From Candidatus Thorarchaeota archaeon (GTDB lineage: Archaea; Asgardarchaeota; Thorarchaeia; Thorarchaeales; Thorarchaeaceae), in NCBI GenBank assembly GCA_019057475.1, contig DXJO01000018.1, positions 1 through 64,000 of the forward strand: a stretch of 64,000 nt of DNA. The letters are read 5' to 3'. The notes beneath the pieces are model-generated. The model worked only from the letters and a program-made list of their open reading frames with translations, was not told the DNA's origin and made no database searches. The translations under genes and the position numbers were made by a program. Each line of letters starts with the position of its first letter. Position 1 is the first letter of the stretch. Positions 9,150 to 18,511 of the stretch are shown piece after piece.

Positions 9150-9803
9150 GTGCCAGCTCTGAAGGCATGGCTTCATGTGCATCCCACGGGCAACGGCGCA
9201 GTGTGGACATCACTGATTCGTCCTTTTCATCTCATACGCACGAGACAACTCTATGAGGTCATGCAAATGGCTATTGAGAGAGTAGGTATAACGAGAAAGG
9301 TGAAGAGGATCGTCCACAATCTCCGGCACACAAGAATAACGGAGTTAGTAAGGCTTGGAATACGCGGCCAAGCATTGAGCAAGCTGGTTGGATGGACCAA
9401 GAGAAGCAACATGGAGGCTGTCTACGTTCACTTGTCAACAGAGGATGTCAAGAACGAATTACACGCTAAGGTCTTCGGTATTGCAACCAAAAGAGAAAAA
9501 CCCAGGCCACTCCTAGAGTCTATGACCTGCCCGCGATGTAAGACGCATAACGACCAAACTGCTAGGATCTGCTCAGACTGCAGTATGCCCCTCTCGAATG
9601 ACGCTATCGTAAAAGCACTTGAGAAACTAGAGAAGCAGAAGACGGCTGCAATTGATGTTATATTTGCAGACGTGCTTGGCGGCGCCTTTGATGACATGTT
9701 CTCTGGCTACATGGAAAAACATGGCGAGCGCATTGCAGACCTCTTACAACCTATCGTGCAAAGAATGCTAGCAGAGGAAAGGAAGAAACAGCCCAAGGCA
9801 TAG
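9150..9803 (+). pseudogene. C-terminal half of an archaeal tyrosine recombinase/integrase with Zn-ribbon tail
   Basis: HNLRH (HxxR), LVGW, YVHLS catalytic Tyr, CPRC...CSDC; the N-terminal binding domain and first catalytic Arg are absent. Confidence 0.85.
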
Positions 9804-9806
9804 TGC

Positions 9807-10016
9807 CTAGACTGCATGCACTGGCGATACCACTACTGCCGCTTCCATCTTCTGCTTTCGCTTCTCGATTACTGTTTTCAGTTCTTGCATCAAGCTGGCT
9901 TGGTTTTCTCGGGCCGAAACCTCGGGCATCGGCAAATGGTCAAACCCCTCTTTCGAGAGTGTGTCAAGAAACTCACCGACCTGACAAGGCCGATATACTA
10001 AAGCGTTCGCATTCAT
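9807..10016 (-). CDS. Small protein or remnant paralogous to the C-terminus of 10605-10922
   Basis: QASLMQELKTVIEKRKQKMEAAVVVSPV vs RAALMAELNAILAKRKEKMEQAIVASPV. Confidence 0.55.
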   Translation of the reverse strand: MNANALVYRPCQVGEFLDTLSKEGFDHLPMPEVSARENQASLMQELKTVIEKRKQKMEAAVVVSPVHAV

Positions 10017-10036
10017 ACACTAAATGAAGAAAATGG

Positions 10037-10384
10037 ATGCGAATATTTCCAGCTTCAGTATGCTGGGATGGGGAAGTCGCTGCGATGACCGAAGAAGAAC
10101 CATATGTTAGTGTAAGGATGAAGTCTGCGTTTGCAGGAATATTGACTTGTCTCACTGTAGTATTCGCTTTCTTTGTTTTTTCAGGCGCATATGACTACAA
10201 ATATCCCTTTGTCATGATATGGTTCTTGGGTGGTTATCTAGTTGTTTCTGTGTCCTTGTGGCTGGATGTTGCGGAGAAGAAAGAGAAGATCTGTAATCGA
10301 CGGGTAAGGTACAGTCAAGCAATACTACATATCGCTCATATTATATTTGGCTTTCTCGTTCTGCTAAACATCCTTTTGCCTTGA
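10037..10384 (+). CDS. Small membrane protein, 3 TM (start probably 10085)
   Basis: Three hydrophobic segments. Confidence 0.55.
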   Translation: MRIFPASVCWDGEVAAMTEEEPYVSVRMKSAFAGILTCLTVVFAFFVFSGAYDYKYPFVMIWFLGGYLVVSVSLWLDVAEKKEKICNRRVRYSQAILHIAHIIFGFLVLLNILLP

Positions 10385-10608
10385 CAATTGGCCATCTTCA
10401 TCGTTCCAGAAGACTAGTCATCACTGACAGGGGGCGACGTGTGGTGCAGAAGACCAGGGAGATTCAGGAGATCCTCGAGAATCCGCCAGAGGCATTCATG
10501 GATGAATACATAGCCACACATGGCGCGATTGTCGAGAAATTACTCCAGCCACTCGTGAATAAAATGGTGGCCGAAGCACTTGCGCGAGAAAGAAAGGCAG
10601 GTAATTAG
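10381..10608 (+). pseudogene. Fragment: winged-helix wing plus a tail paralogous to the integrase C-terminus
   Basis: ITDRGR wing-like motif; YIATHGAIVEKLLQPLVNKM resembles YMEKHGERIADLLQPIVQRM. Confidence 0.5.
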
Positions 10609-10922
10609 GCACGCACTGGCGATGCCACTATTGCCTGTTCCATCTTCTCTTTACGCTTTGCAAGAATTGCATTCAACTCAGCCATCAGCGCAGCCCGCTC
10701 AGGACTGACCGGTCCCCTGTGGATCACCACGCGGCGCCTGGTCGCTGTCGTGATTTCTCTCTGCTGTTCCTCGATGATTGCATATTCAGGAATTAACGCC
10801 CGCTCCATATCGATCTTCAGGAGAGTCCGGATGAAGGCACTCATGCTGATGCCATGCGTGGCTTTGATTGTTCTAAGGTGATCCAGCTGGCTCTCGCTAA
10901 GACCTATCGTGAGCAGTTTCAT
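10605..10922 (-). CDS. RHH-like protein with a basic helical tail
   Basis: MKLLTIGLSESQLDHLRTIKATHGISMSAFIRTLL is a typical RHH/CopG pattern; ATG at 10922. Confidence 0.7.
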   Translation of the reverse strand: MKLLTIGLSESQLDHLRTIKATHGISMSAFIRTLLKIDMERALIPEYAIIEEQQREITTATRRRVVIHRGPVSPERAALMAELNAILAKRKEKMEQAIVASPVRA

Positions 10923-11010
10923 GTGTGGCCAGCTCGCGTTCAGTCCTATTAGTGGCATGGTCGGAAATACACTTTGGTAGTGGTTTTGACGTCTGACCAC
11001 CGTGGTTAGA

Positions 11011-11394
11011 ATGTAGGACAACCGGAAGAAACCAACCAGGGCCGTTTTGCACGATCCTGCGACCCCGTTGAGTCTGACTCAATGGTTGAAACCGATATGC
11101 AATTTGGCCCTGAGATGTAGGCCAACTCGGGACGATTTGCATGCCACTGATAAAACATGCAATCATGATCATACGTTTTCAAACGACGTGCAATTTGTCC
11201 CAGAGATGTAGGACAACCCGTAGAAATGATGTCTTTACCAAATTTGGTGAGATCGTCTGTCAGGCCCTGTTTCAATCTCTGGGATCTGGGTTCATCTTCT
11301 GCAACGCCACAAGTAGACCTTAGTAATGTTACTAAGGTTTCATAATCATTCTCCTTCATCGCCATCAACACCAATCCTGAAGAGTTGGCCTACA
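11011..11394. repeat. TGTAGG(A/C)CAAC motif: three direct copies and one inverted copy
   Basis: Copies at 11012, 11116 and 11207 (the latter two within a 32-bp, 4-mismatch repeat); reverse complement GAGTTGGCCTACA at 11382-11394. Confidence 0.85.
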
Positions 11395-11486
11395 AATTAC
11401 ATTCACCAGTAGAATACAGGTGGCCATTCTCGGGAAATCCTAATTAAGTCGTCAACATCAGTGTCGACATAAGGTTGTGACTGCGA

Positions 11487-11765
11487 ATGGTGACCTGCGA
11501 ATACGGACGTGTTTCTGGGATGAGCGCGGGAATGTCCATCAGAAAAAAGGCTAAATTGAGCCTTATCAAAGCGGGAGTTAAGATCGTCATTCTCTGTGTC
11601 GTCTTCTTCTGGGCTTTCCCCTATTGGATTGCGCCTGACATCTTTGGCATCACGCCGCAGGTCTACGAAGAGAACCGTTTCCTCCTCGGGATTGTCGCAG
11701 GCGTCGCGGCTGCGCCCTTCATGTGGTTCAGCGACCGGATAATCGAGTACCAGATGGGCAGGTGA
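11487..11765 (+). CDS. Small 2-TM membrane protein
   Basis: Two hydrophobic helices, basic N-terminus. Confidence 0.6.
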   Translation: MVTCEYGRVSGMSAGMSIRKKAKLSLIKAGVKIVILCVVFFWAFPYWIAPDIFGITPQVYEENRFLLGIVAGVAAAPFMWFSDRIIEYQMGR

Positions 11766-11771
11766 TCCTTT

Positions 11772-12194
11772 TTGGGGAGAAGGCGCACTGTGGTCAGGCG
11801 AAGACTGTTCGGCAGAAGAAAGAGCGATAAGAAACACCACCTGGGAGCAACGACACAACTGGCAGGAACAGAAGCGGCATCATATGACGCAGTGATCGCA
11901 CGGATTCAGACAGTGACAGAAGCAGATGAGTTGATAGGACGCCTTGAGAATGAGTTACAGAAATCCAAGAGTCCTGCCCTGAGAAGGCGCCTGCAACTGG
12001 CTATCGAAGGCACTAATATACGGAAAGCACAACTGCTGACAACGACGGGCACAGAGAAGAAGGCCCGTCCTGCCAAGACGTTGCGAGAACTATTTACAGG
12101 CCGCAGGGACAAGATTGTGGATGATCGCGCCCCGATAATATCCTCCATAACGCCTGTGGAGCCATCTGATGGCGACGAGCCACAGAATGAATAA
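11772..12194 (+). CDS. Hypothetical basic helical protein
   Basis: 140 aa, 6 nt after the upstream gene. Confidence 0.55.
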   Translation: MGRRRTVVRRRLFGRRKSDKKHHLGATTQLAGTEAASYDAVIARIQTVTEADELIGRLENELQKSKSPALRRRLQLAIEGTNIRKAQLLTTTGTEKKARPAKTLRELFTGRRDKIVDDRAPIISSITPVEPSDGDEPQNE

Positions 12195-12386
12195 AAATCC
12201 CTATCTTGTTCAGAATACTCCATTTAGCGATCTTCTAAGGAAAAAGGGAGAGAAGAGAGTATCAGAACATTAGTGTATGAAATGAGGATATGCGACAGTG
12301 TGACTATGGTCGTTTCACTCGTCCCGTACAAGTTGCGCGCGTTCAGAGATCGTCAGTCCGACAGAGTCAGACAGTGAGAAGAGGAT

Positions 12387-12959
12387 TTGGATGGGGGGGC
12401 GGGCATAGTCGGAGAAGAGTGCCACAGTGGGGCCTCTAGGGGCGTTAGTGGTGGTAGTAGTATAGAACATAGTGCAGTAGTCATGGCGGCCCCGCCTGCC
12501 TTCCTGCCTGCATGCCGAGTAGACGATCCAGATTGCTATGAGCTTAATAGAGATGGCACGATGTGGAGTCACATGGCCTCACGTAATCGAGTGGAACTGA
12601 AATGGCGTAGACTACGCACCCCGTTTGCATTCTTTTTATGGCCCGACAGATTGCTAGGTCTACAGGACTCAGGTTTCATTGAAGGCAAAGCTCTGATTAG
12701 AGAAAAGGAATTCGTCGAGAACTCCCCGTTCCCAAAGAATAAGATCATGAGTATCGTCGCCAGACTACCTGCGAGCCTTCGGCGCGGTTTGGAGAAGACA
12801 CGAGGTTCCAACTGTGTGTGGATCAAATACTATGGCTACCGGCAGTGGAAAGGGCAAGGTCCTCTGCGGGCTCGTTTCTTTGTGCAGGGCGTGACCCCTA
12901 AGCGAGAAAAAGAAATCCTAGAGGATGAGTGCAAAATTCCTAGAAATCAGTGGCCATGA
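12387..12959 (+). CDS. Hypothetical protein (start uncertain)
   Basis: Globular-looking C-terminal ~130 aa. Confidence 0.45.
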   Translation: MDGGAGIVGEECHSGASRGVSGGSSIEHSAVVMAAPPAFLPACRVDDPDCYELNRDGTMWSHMASRNRVELKWRRLRTPFAFFLWPDRLLGLQDSGFIEGKALIREKEFVENSPFPKNKIMSIVARLPASLRRGLEKTRGSNCVWIKYYGYRQWKGQGPLRARFFVQGVTPKREKEILEDECKIPRNQWP

Positions 12960-13108
12960 CTGTATCCACCCTGAATATCTTGTGACGCCTCGTCGTATTG
13001 AAAGATTCCAGACCGTAAAGAAGACCACAGACCTAAGGGTTGAGTTGAGAAGGCTGACCGAGGAAGAGAGGGCGGCAAAAGCCCGGCTGAAAAAGGAGAG
13101 GGGCAAAC

Positions 13109-13687
13109 TTGACGAAACAACGGGTCTCCAGCCTAGAGGGGAGGGAGCAGGGGCTGAAAGGTAAGGTTGACGAGTTAGTCAGCATCTTTCGATGGTATAA
13201 GGACTGGTATCAAACCGAGGCACCAGAGCTGGAAGAGCATGAATCAGCCCTGCTTAGATCCGTCCGCCGTTTGGAGAAGACAAACTCCCAGCTTCAGAGG
13301 GGGAACCAAGAGCTAAAAGAGGAAAACAAACAATTGGAAGTCAAGATAGGGGGAAAGAAGAGGAATATTGAGCAGATAGAGGAGGCAAAGCAAGCATTAG
13401 AAACTGAAATCCAGGAGATGCAGAAGAAGGTAGAGGAGATCGAGGGGAGAAGAGATGAAGAAGAGGAGAAGCTGAGAAGAGCTACAAGGGAGAGAGAGAT
13501 GTTCGAGAGAAATCTAAGGACTATTGTACTAAAGCTAAGCTCAGGACGGGAGGAGCTCAAGGAAACCGAGATGAAGCTGAAGGAGCTAGAGGCGGACATA
13601 AAGTGGAGGGAGAGGAGGCGTAATGAGTTGACCCTACACCTTCCCAAGCTGCCACCTCTTCCACCACTTCCAAATGAGGACAATTAA
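13109..13687 (+). CDS. Long coiled-coil protein with a Pro-rich C-terminal tail
   Basis: E/K/R/Q heptads throughout; ends LPKLPPLPPLPNEDN. Confidence 0.75.
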   Translation: MTKQRVSSLEGREQGLKGKVDELVSIFRWYKDWYQTEAPELEEHESALLRSVRRLEKTNSQLQRGNQELKEENKQLEVKIGGKKRNIEQIEEAKQALETEIQEMQKKVEEIEGRRDEEEEKLRRATREREMFERNLRTIVLKLSSGREELKETEMKLKELEADIKWRERRRNELTLHLPKLPPLPPLPNEDN

Positions 13688-13766
13688 CCTTTAACGAGCT
13701 ACAGATTGAAAATGGGTATCTCAGGTTTTTTACTATGTTGGCTTCATCGAGGTCGACATGTTCTGA

Positions 13767-14129
13767 GGGCCCGAAACTGATATTCAGGAGAGCAAAGAGC
13801 CTTTCAAGACCTTCTTCAGCGAAGAGGCCACTGCTTCGATCCGCGAGTACATCATGAGGCACAGACGGGATGCTGGAGACAATGAACCAATATTCATTAA
13901 GCACCGTGATTATGACTACGAATACAACGGCAGTACAGTCGATGTGGGTGGCTATATGAACGCAGGAACTCTAAACAACAATTTTCGATTGGCTGCTGAG
14001 AAATTGGGACACACCGAGAGCGGCAAACAAAACCAGTTGGAACGAATCTCGACTCCATCATCAGTACCGAAAGCAACACTAGAGATGCTGTTCAATTCAG
14101 AAAATATCTCTCAATTACCAACAATCTAA
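13767..14129 (+). pseudogene. Internal fragment of a second tyrosine integrase
   Basis: The frame upstream of ORF 13854 reads SKEPFKTFFSEEATASIREYIMRHRR...EPIFI...NNFRLAAEKLG, the K...TFxSxEA...YL...EPLF segment of archaeal integrases; no HxxR or Tyr follows. Confidence 0.6.
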
Positions 14130-14139
14130 TACTTACTGA

Positions 14140-14820
14140 CTATCTGGAGTTCATGTTGTTCTCATCCTCTAGTCCACGGACGATAGTACTACTGCGCTCA
14201 GCGGTCTTCGCTTGTCCCTCATCTCTCTTGTTCTCTGCCCGTTTTGCCATCACACAACTAGCTGATGACACCAGTCCACCAGCAAGAGACACTACAGGGC
14301 CCACACCAATGCTAATTGTAGCGTCTGTTGCGTAGAGAATACATATGTCGATTGGAAGACTATCAATCTGGCCTCGGATCGTGAACACTGCAGGACTGTA
14401 GAAGGCAATGACTAGAACACAACCAAGAACACAAAGCATACAGCTGGCAGCGGCAATGGAAGGAACAATCCAATGCTTAGTGATTTTCTTGATCCTCCAT
14501 GCCAATACAAGATTCAGAAGACCCCCTGCAAGGGGGAGCAGTCCAAACCAGAAATCACTTGAGGCTGTAGCCCAGTATTCGCCAGACCATACTGTGACGC
14601 TTGCACCGGTCGAGTTGAGGGTCCCAAAGCCAAAGCCATAAACAACTCCAGAGACTCGGAAGGTATCCACACTCACGTGATGGACGTCACCTGAGAACAC
14701 GAGCCAGGGCTCAAAGACGCCCCAGATCATCAGGAGTGCACCTAGGAAACACAGCCCTCGTAATATCCTTGCCTTCATCTTTCCACCATCCTTGCTCTTG
14801 TTCTGGCTGTCGATTCTCAA
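14140..14820 (-). CDS. Membrane protein, ~4 TM
   Basis: Four hydrophobic segments; FEPW after TM1. Confidence 0.65.
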   Translation of the reverse strand: MRIDSQNKSKDGGKMKARILRGLCFLGALLMIWGVFEPWLVFSGDVHHVSVDTFRVSGVVYGFGFGTLNSTGASVTVWSGEYWATASSDFWFGLLPLAGGLLNLVLAWRIKKITKHWIVPSIAAASCMLCVLGCVLVIAFYSPAVFTIRGQIDSLPIDICILYATDATISIGVGPVVSLAGGLVSSASCVMAKRAENKRDEGQAKTAERSSTIVRGLEDENNMNSR

Positions 14821-15017
14821 TTAATTCTGATTCCTAGATTTCCTTTAAGTGCATCCCCAAAGCATAGTTTTCCTGATGTCTAGGCTATTCAGGCCTTTTG
14901 ACAAATGCGAGCACCAAGGCTTATCTTGGTTTCAACGGATTCTCTGACAGATGGTTCCATATGCTCTCCTTCACAGACTCAGAAGCTCCATGCAACTGCA
15001 TGTCATTGAAGAATCTA

Positions 15018-16199
15018 TCAGTATTTTGTTATTACGTTGTAGCCCTCGATTACGAATATGAATTCGGTGACCTGAAAGCCATGTGGGGCTAAGAAATGTA
15101 GATCAATGTATTCACTGATGCCGCCATTGTGGGTGGCTCCCAGAGTGTCTACCCTAATATCGTCACTGGCCTTCAGTTCTCGTTTGACATTACCATCGGC
15201 TGAGTGCCTAGCGCTAACAAGTGGTAGACTAACGATTTTCCCGCCCTCAAGTCTGACAAACAACTGAACGCAGTCAATGTGGGAAATGGTCAGTGGGTGT
15301 TCAGTTAGCATTAGGCGATACATGTTTTCGCAGACTGCGGGAATCGTATTCAGCCTAGCACCAACAGTGACATCATCACTAGCATGGATATTCAAGAGGC
15401 CCCCGTCGACGTATTGATCACCGTCATAGACAGAAAGAATCGGGCAACCACCACCGCCACCACCCGGGGCGTCATACGTGTAGCTCACATGTTCCGTTGT
15501 TGTCTTGTATGCAGATATAGGAACATACGGATTAAAGCATTGCCAGAAGTAAGTCTTGAACTCAAGGTAAATATCATAGGTCCCCTCTAGGGTTGGGTCA
15601 ACTGCCAATTGAAATCCGAAACGCATTCCTCGTTGGCTGTCCGACTCATCAAGCGACCCCAATGGATTATAGTATCTCGCCCGAGCATCGTACGTGTGAT
15701 ATTCAGTAGCCGCTCCCGAGACGTCGGCTGCGGCATCAAGGAGATGAGGTATGGCCATCATTCCCTCTGGAGCAATATCTCCTATAATGGCCCAGATAAC
15801 GCCTAATACCTGCAGCTCAGTGCCGCTATCATCGGGACTCACCATGACACTTAGGGATGTGAACCTGTCACCAGTTAATCTATTCCCGAGAGGGTCATAT
15901 CCCCAGACCTTTATCCACATATTTCTGGGTATGAAGTAATATGGGGTGGCATCTCCCCAATCAGCACCACTCACCATCGAGGCATAGAATTGTGGGTGAG
16001 TGTCAGAGTGTGATCCCCCTTGGGAGTAGCCATACTGCAACATACTGCCGTGCTTACCTACATTGTAGCTCCCCACCCATGCAGAGACTGTGTCCACTTC
16101 AGTTTCATACCATGCTGCTGCAGGAGCGATGCCAATAGACAGGGTTATCAATACAAGAAGCGGAACCACGACATAGAATCTAATTCTTCTTTTCCTCAT
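15018..16199 (-). CDS. Secreted/surface protein with a GGGGGCP-linked C-terminal domain
   Basis: Signal peptide MRKRRIRFYVVVPLLVLITLSIGIAPAAA from ATG 16199; PGGGGGGCPILSVYDG linker. Confidence 0.75.
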   Translation of the reverse strand: MRKRRIRFYVVVPLLVLITLSIGIAPAAAWYETEVDTVSAWVGSYNVGKHGSMLQYGYSQGGSHSDTHPQFYASMVSGADWGDATPYYFIPRNMWIKVWGYDPLGNRLTGDRFTSLSVMVSPDDSGTELQVLGVIWAIIGDIAPEGMMAIPHLLDAAADVSGAATEYHTYDARARYYNPLGSLDESDSQRGMRFGFQLAVDPTLEGTYDIYLEFKTYFWQCFNPYVPISAYKTTTEHVSYTYDAPGGGGGGCPILSVYDGDQYVDGGLLNIHASDDVTVGARLNTIPAVCENMYRLMLTEHPLTISHIDCVQLFVRLEGGKIVSLPLVSARHSADGNVKRELKASDDIRVDTLGATHNGGISEYIDLHFLAPHGFQVTEFIFVIEGYNVITKY

Positions 16200-16693
16200 T
16201 GCTTGGAATTCTCCAGCAAACCAATAGTAGTCGATATTGTATTGCAACAATCGCCATTTATAGTCTAGTTCAATTTCAATCACCGTCTGCCTAGCGTAGA
16301 CTGTATCTAGACGTCGTCCTGTTGCCTTTTTTCCAGGCCATGCAAGGACGATGAGAACGAACTGACCTGAACCCACTAAGTGCCTCCTAGACAGATGCAG
16401 TTAGCTCCGTGTATCTTAACAATTGGCCAACCTAATCTCGTGTATTCGGTTTTGAAAAGCAGACATGAACTCAAGCAAGCTGGCATTGGAAAGAGAGCTT
16501 TCAAGGATCTGGAAAGCAGTCATGGGAGACGAATACGAATTACGGAGTGCTCATACCGGAAACCCATAGGGGCCGGTCTTAAGTAGGATGTGGACTTGGG
16601 AACCGTCACAGAGATAGCAAGTTCTCGCGGCTGCACTATAGCTGCAGGGCGTCGTAGGTACAAAGAAAGAGAGGATGGCACGATCGCCTGCGC

Positions 16694-17005
16694 CTATTTG
16701 GCCATATGCGCCACTCGCTTCGCTCTTTCTAACGCCTCTGCAAAGTCTAGAAACTCATCCACTGTGTCAGGATCGTTGTCCAATATGGTGTCGATGTCAG
16801 TGAGCGACAGGCTCGTTTCGCCACAGTCCGCACAGGTGAAGTAGGACATTATTATCTCATCATCGCTCTTGGAGTCCAGTCCTACTTCCCACGCCTTGAG
16901 TCCTTCAGACCCTAGTGCTATCAAGAGATCCTCTCTGGGAAGGTTTCTCTGTCGCTCTCTCAATGCGCTGGCCAATTCTTCTCTCGTATTCATTGTTTCA
17001 ATCAC
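16694..17005 (-). CDS. Hypothetical acidic protein with CxxC
   Basis: GGAG RBS; FTCADCG. Confidence 0.55.
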   Translation of the reverse strand: MIETMNTREELASALRERQRNLPREDLLIALGSEGLKAWEVGLDSKSDDEIIMSYFTCADCGETSLSLTDIDTILDNDPDTVDEFLDFAEALERAKRVAHMAK

Positions 17006-17091
17006 TCTCCTTCTTTGTTATTCTCACTCAGTCAGGACTGGTTTCGAGGATCAGTCTCGACTATGATGTGCGGAACATGACGTCATAGACT

Positions 17092-17637
17092 CTATTGTTT
17101 CCACAACCCACCAAGAACATCGTCGGCGGTTGTGTCTTGACTGATGGGTTCTTTCGAAGGGCCTACCAGCTGCCATTCAAACTCGTTTCTCAATTCCCAC
17201 AACTTGAATGCATAGTCACTATGACTGGTGAACTCCTCCTCATCAGCTGAATTCACCTGACACCAATGCGCTACTAGCTCTGAGTAGTCGAGTTTGCCCT
17301 CACCGGCCTGAATGTTTGCTAAACCTAGGTGATTGCACATATGGCACAGATGACACAGGGCAAGCACCCCCACCAGACGTTGTGTTGAATGATCATAGTC
17401 GTATTCCCAGTCTTCGTGTCCGGACAGAGTCGTGTCGCTCATCCCGCAAATGGCACATTTATGTCCGTAATGGGCATATGCTGCTTTGCGTATTATATCC
17501 CACTCCCTCCGAGGGAGCAATCTATACAGACTAACAAACCAGCTGGAACGTGGGACCAAGTTTGCCCAAAGCCGATATTTGCGAAGCTGATGCTCGATTG
17601 TCTTGCAGGTGGCTATTATGTCAGACATTCTACTCAC
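17092..17637 (-). CDS. HNH-type (His-Me finger) endonuclease
   Basis: LVPRSSW...WDIIRK...CAICG...HEDWEY...LCHLCHMCNH. Confidence 0.8.
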   Translation of the reverse strand: MSRMSDIIATCKTIEHQLRKYRLWANLVPRSSWFVSLYRLLPRREWDIIRKAAYAHYGHKCAICGMSDTTLSGHEDWEYDYDHSTQRLVGVLALCHLCHMCNHLGLANIQAGEGKLDYSELVAHWCQVNSADEEEFTSHSDYAFKLWELRNEFEWQLVGPSKEPISQDTTADDVLGGLWKQ

Positions 17638-17966
17638 TTCTCATCAACTCCAAAGAAAGATACCAGGAGCATCTCGCGGTCCCATTGGCTGAGAGAACCA
17701 ACCTCTCTGGTCATGTAGCAGCACTCCTCTACGTTGTCCTCGTTATAGTCGAAGTACACATCGACATCATGTCCATTCGCGTCAGTATAACTAAACAGAT
17801 ACCTATAGAAGGGGAAGTCGCGATAGTGCTCGTCCTGTCGTGGTTCAAACCCCCTCGCGACAATCACCTTCTCTGCGACTTCGCGGACCTCGTCTGCGCC
17901 AAAGTGATCTTGAATCTTCCTCTTTACGTTTCGGTCACTCACTGGACTCAGCCTTCTCGAAGCCAA
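17634..17966 (-). CDS. Hypothetical acidic protein
   Basis: Stop overlaps the HNH start. Confidence 0.5.
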   Translation of the reverse strand: MASRRLSPVSDRNVKRKIQDHFGADEVREVAEKVIVARGFEPRQDEHYRDFPFYRYLFSYTDANGHDVDVYFDYNEDNVEECCYMTREVGSLSQWDREMLLVSFFGVDEK

Positions 17967-18333
17967 TGTCTTTCGATGGCTCTAGCTCTGTGCCGCAACT
18001 TGGGCAATACTCATCTCTGAACCGGCCAAGATAACCACAGGCCACACAATAGGGTTGTATTGTGATACGCACAAAATCGGCATCGAATGCACCGCGTATT
18101 ATCTTGTTGGCCTGTCTGGCTATTCTGATTGCCTCTTCTCTATCACCCGTCTTAAACGACTCCGGGATGGGAGCACCAAACAGGTGTTTCAGTTTTTTCT
18201 GTGTGTCATAATACAATCTGATGTTTTCCCCATCAGGATCTTCTGGAGGTTTATTCCAATTGCCTATTGACACCCAGTATCTTTCGTTATCGGTTTCATT
18301 ATTCATTCTACTCACTCTGCCTGCTTGGCCCAA
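17935..18333 (-). CDS. Hypothetical protein with C-terminal Zn ribbon (start ~18306)
   Basis: CVACG...CPSCG. Confidence 0.6.
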   Translation of the reverse strand: MGQAGRVSRMNNETDNERYWVSIGNWNKPPEDPDGENIRLYYDTQKKLKHLFGAPIPESFKTGDREEAIRIARQANKIIRGAFDADFVRITIQPYCVACGYLGRFRDEYCPSCGTELEPSKDIGFEKAESSE

Positions 18334-18511
18334 GCCAAGATCAGGTCACGCCAGGACCTCTTGCCTTTCACACGATGAAGCAAGTTCATCTCCTTTTCAG
18401 TGAAAGCAACGTGCAAGAATTTGATATCACTCATCTAAGTTCTTTTCCTTAGTTTTTTTTGGTATGCAAGACCACCGCACGTCAGTGAATACACTCTGTC
18501 GCAGGAATACA

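Larger units (their letters stand above)
1..14129. mobile_element. Integrated, partly decayed plasmid/provirus-like element(s); left end lies outside the window
   Basis: ParB-like gene, primase/helicase-like Rep, many small basic or Zn-finger ORFs overlapping on the + strand, two tyrosine-integrase fragments and repeat-rich spacers. No capsid or terminase recognised; boundaries approximate. Confidence 0.8.

Noticed and set aside
11011-11221. Possible CRISPR mini-array
   Set aside because: Only two long copies, period 91-104 nt, no cas genes, and an inverted copy nearby; fits binding sites better.
12393-12399. G7 run as a phase-variation tract
   Set aside because: Short, and no convincing longer ORF is restored by a frame change.
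1-14129. Calling the element a tailed provirus
   Set aside because: No terminase, portal, capsid or tail motifs recognised; the left part is outside the window.
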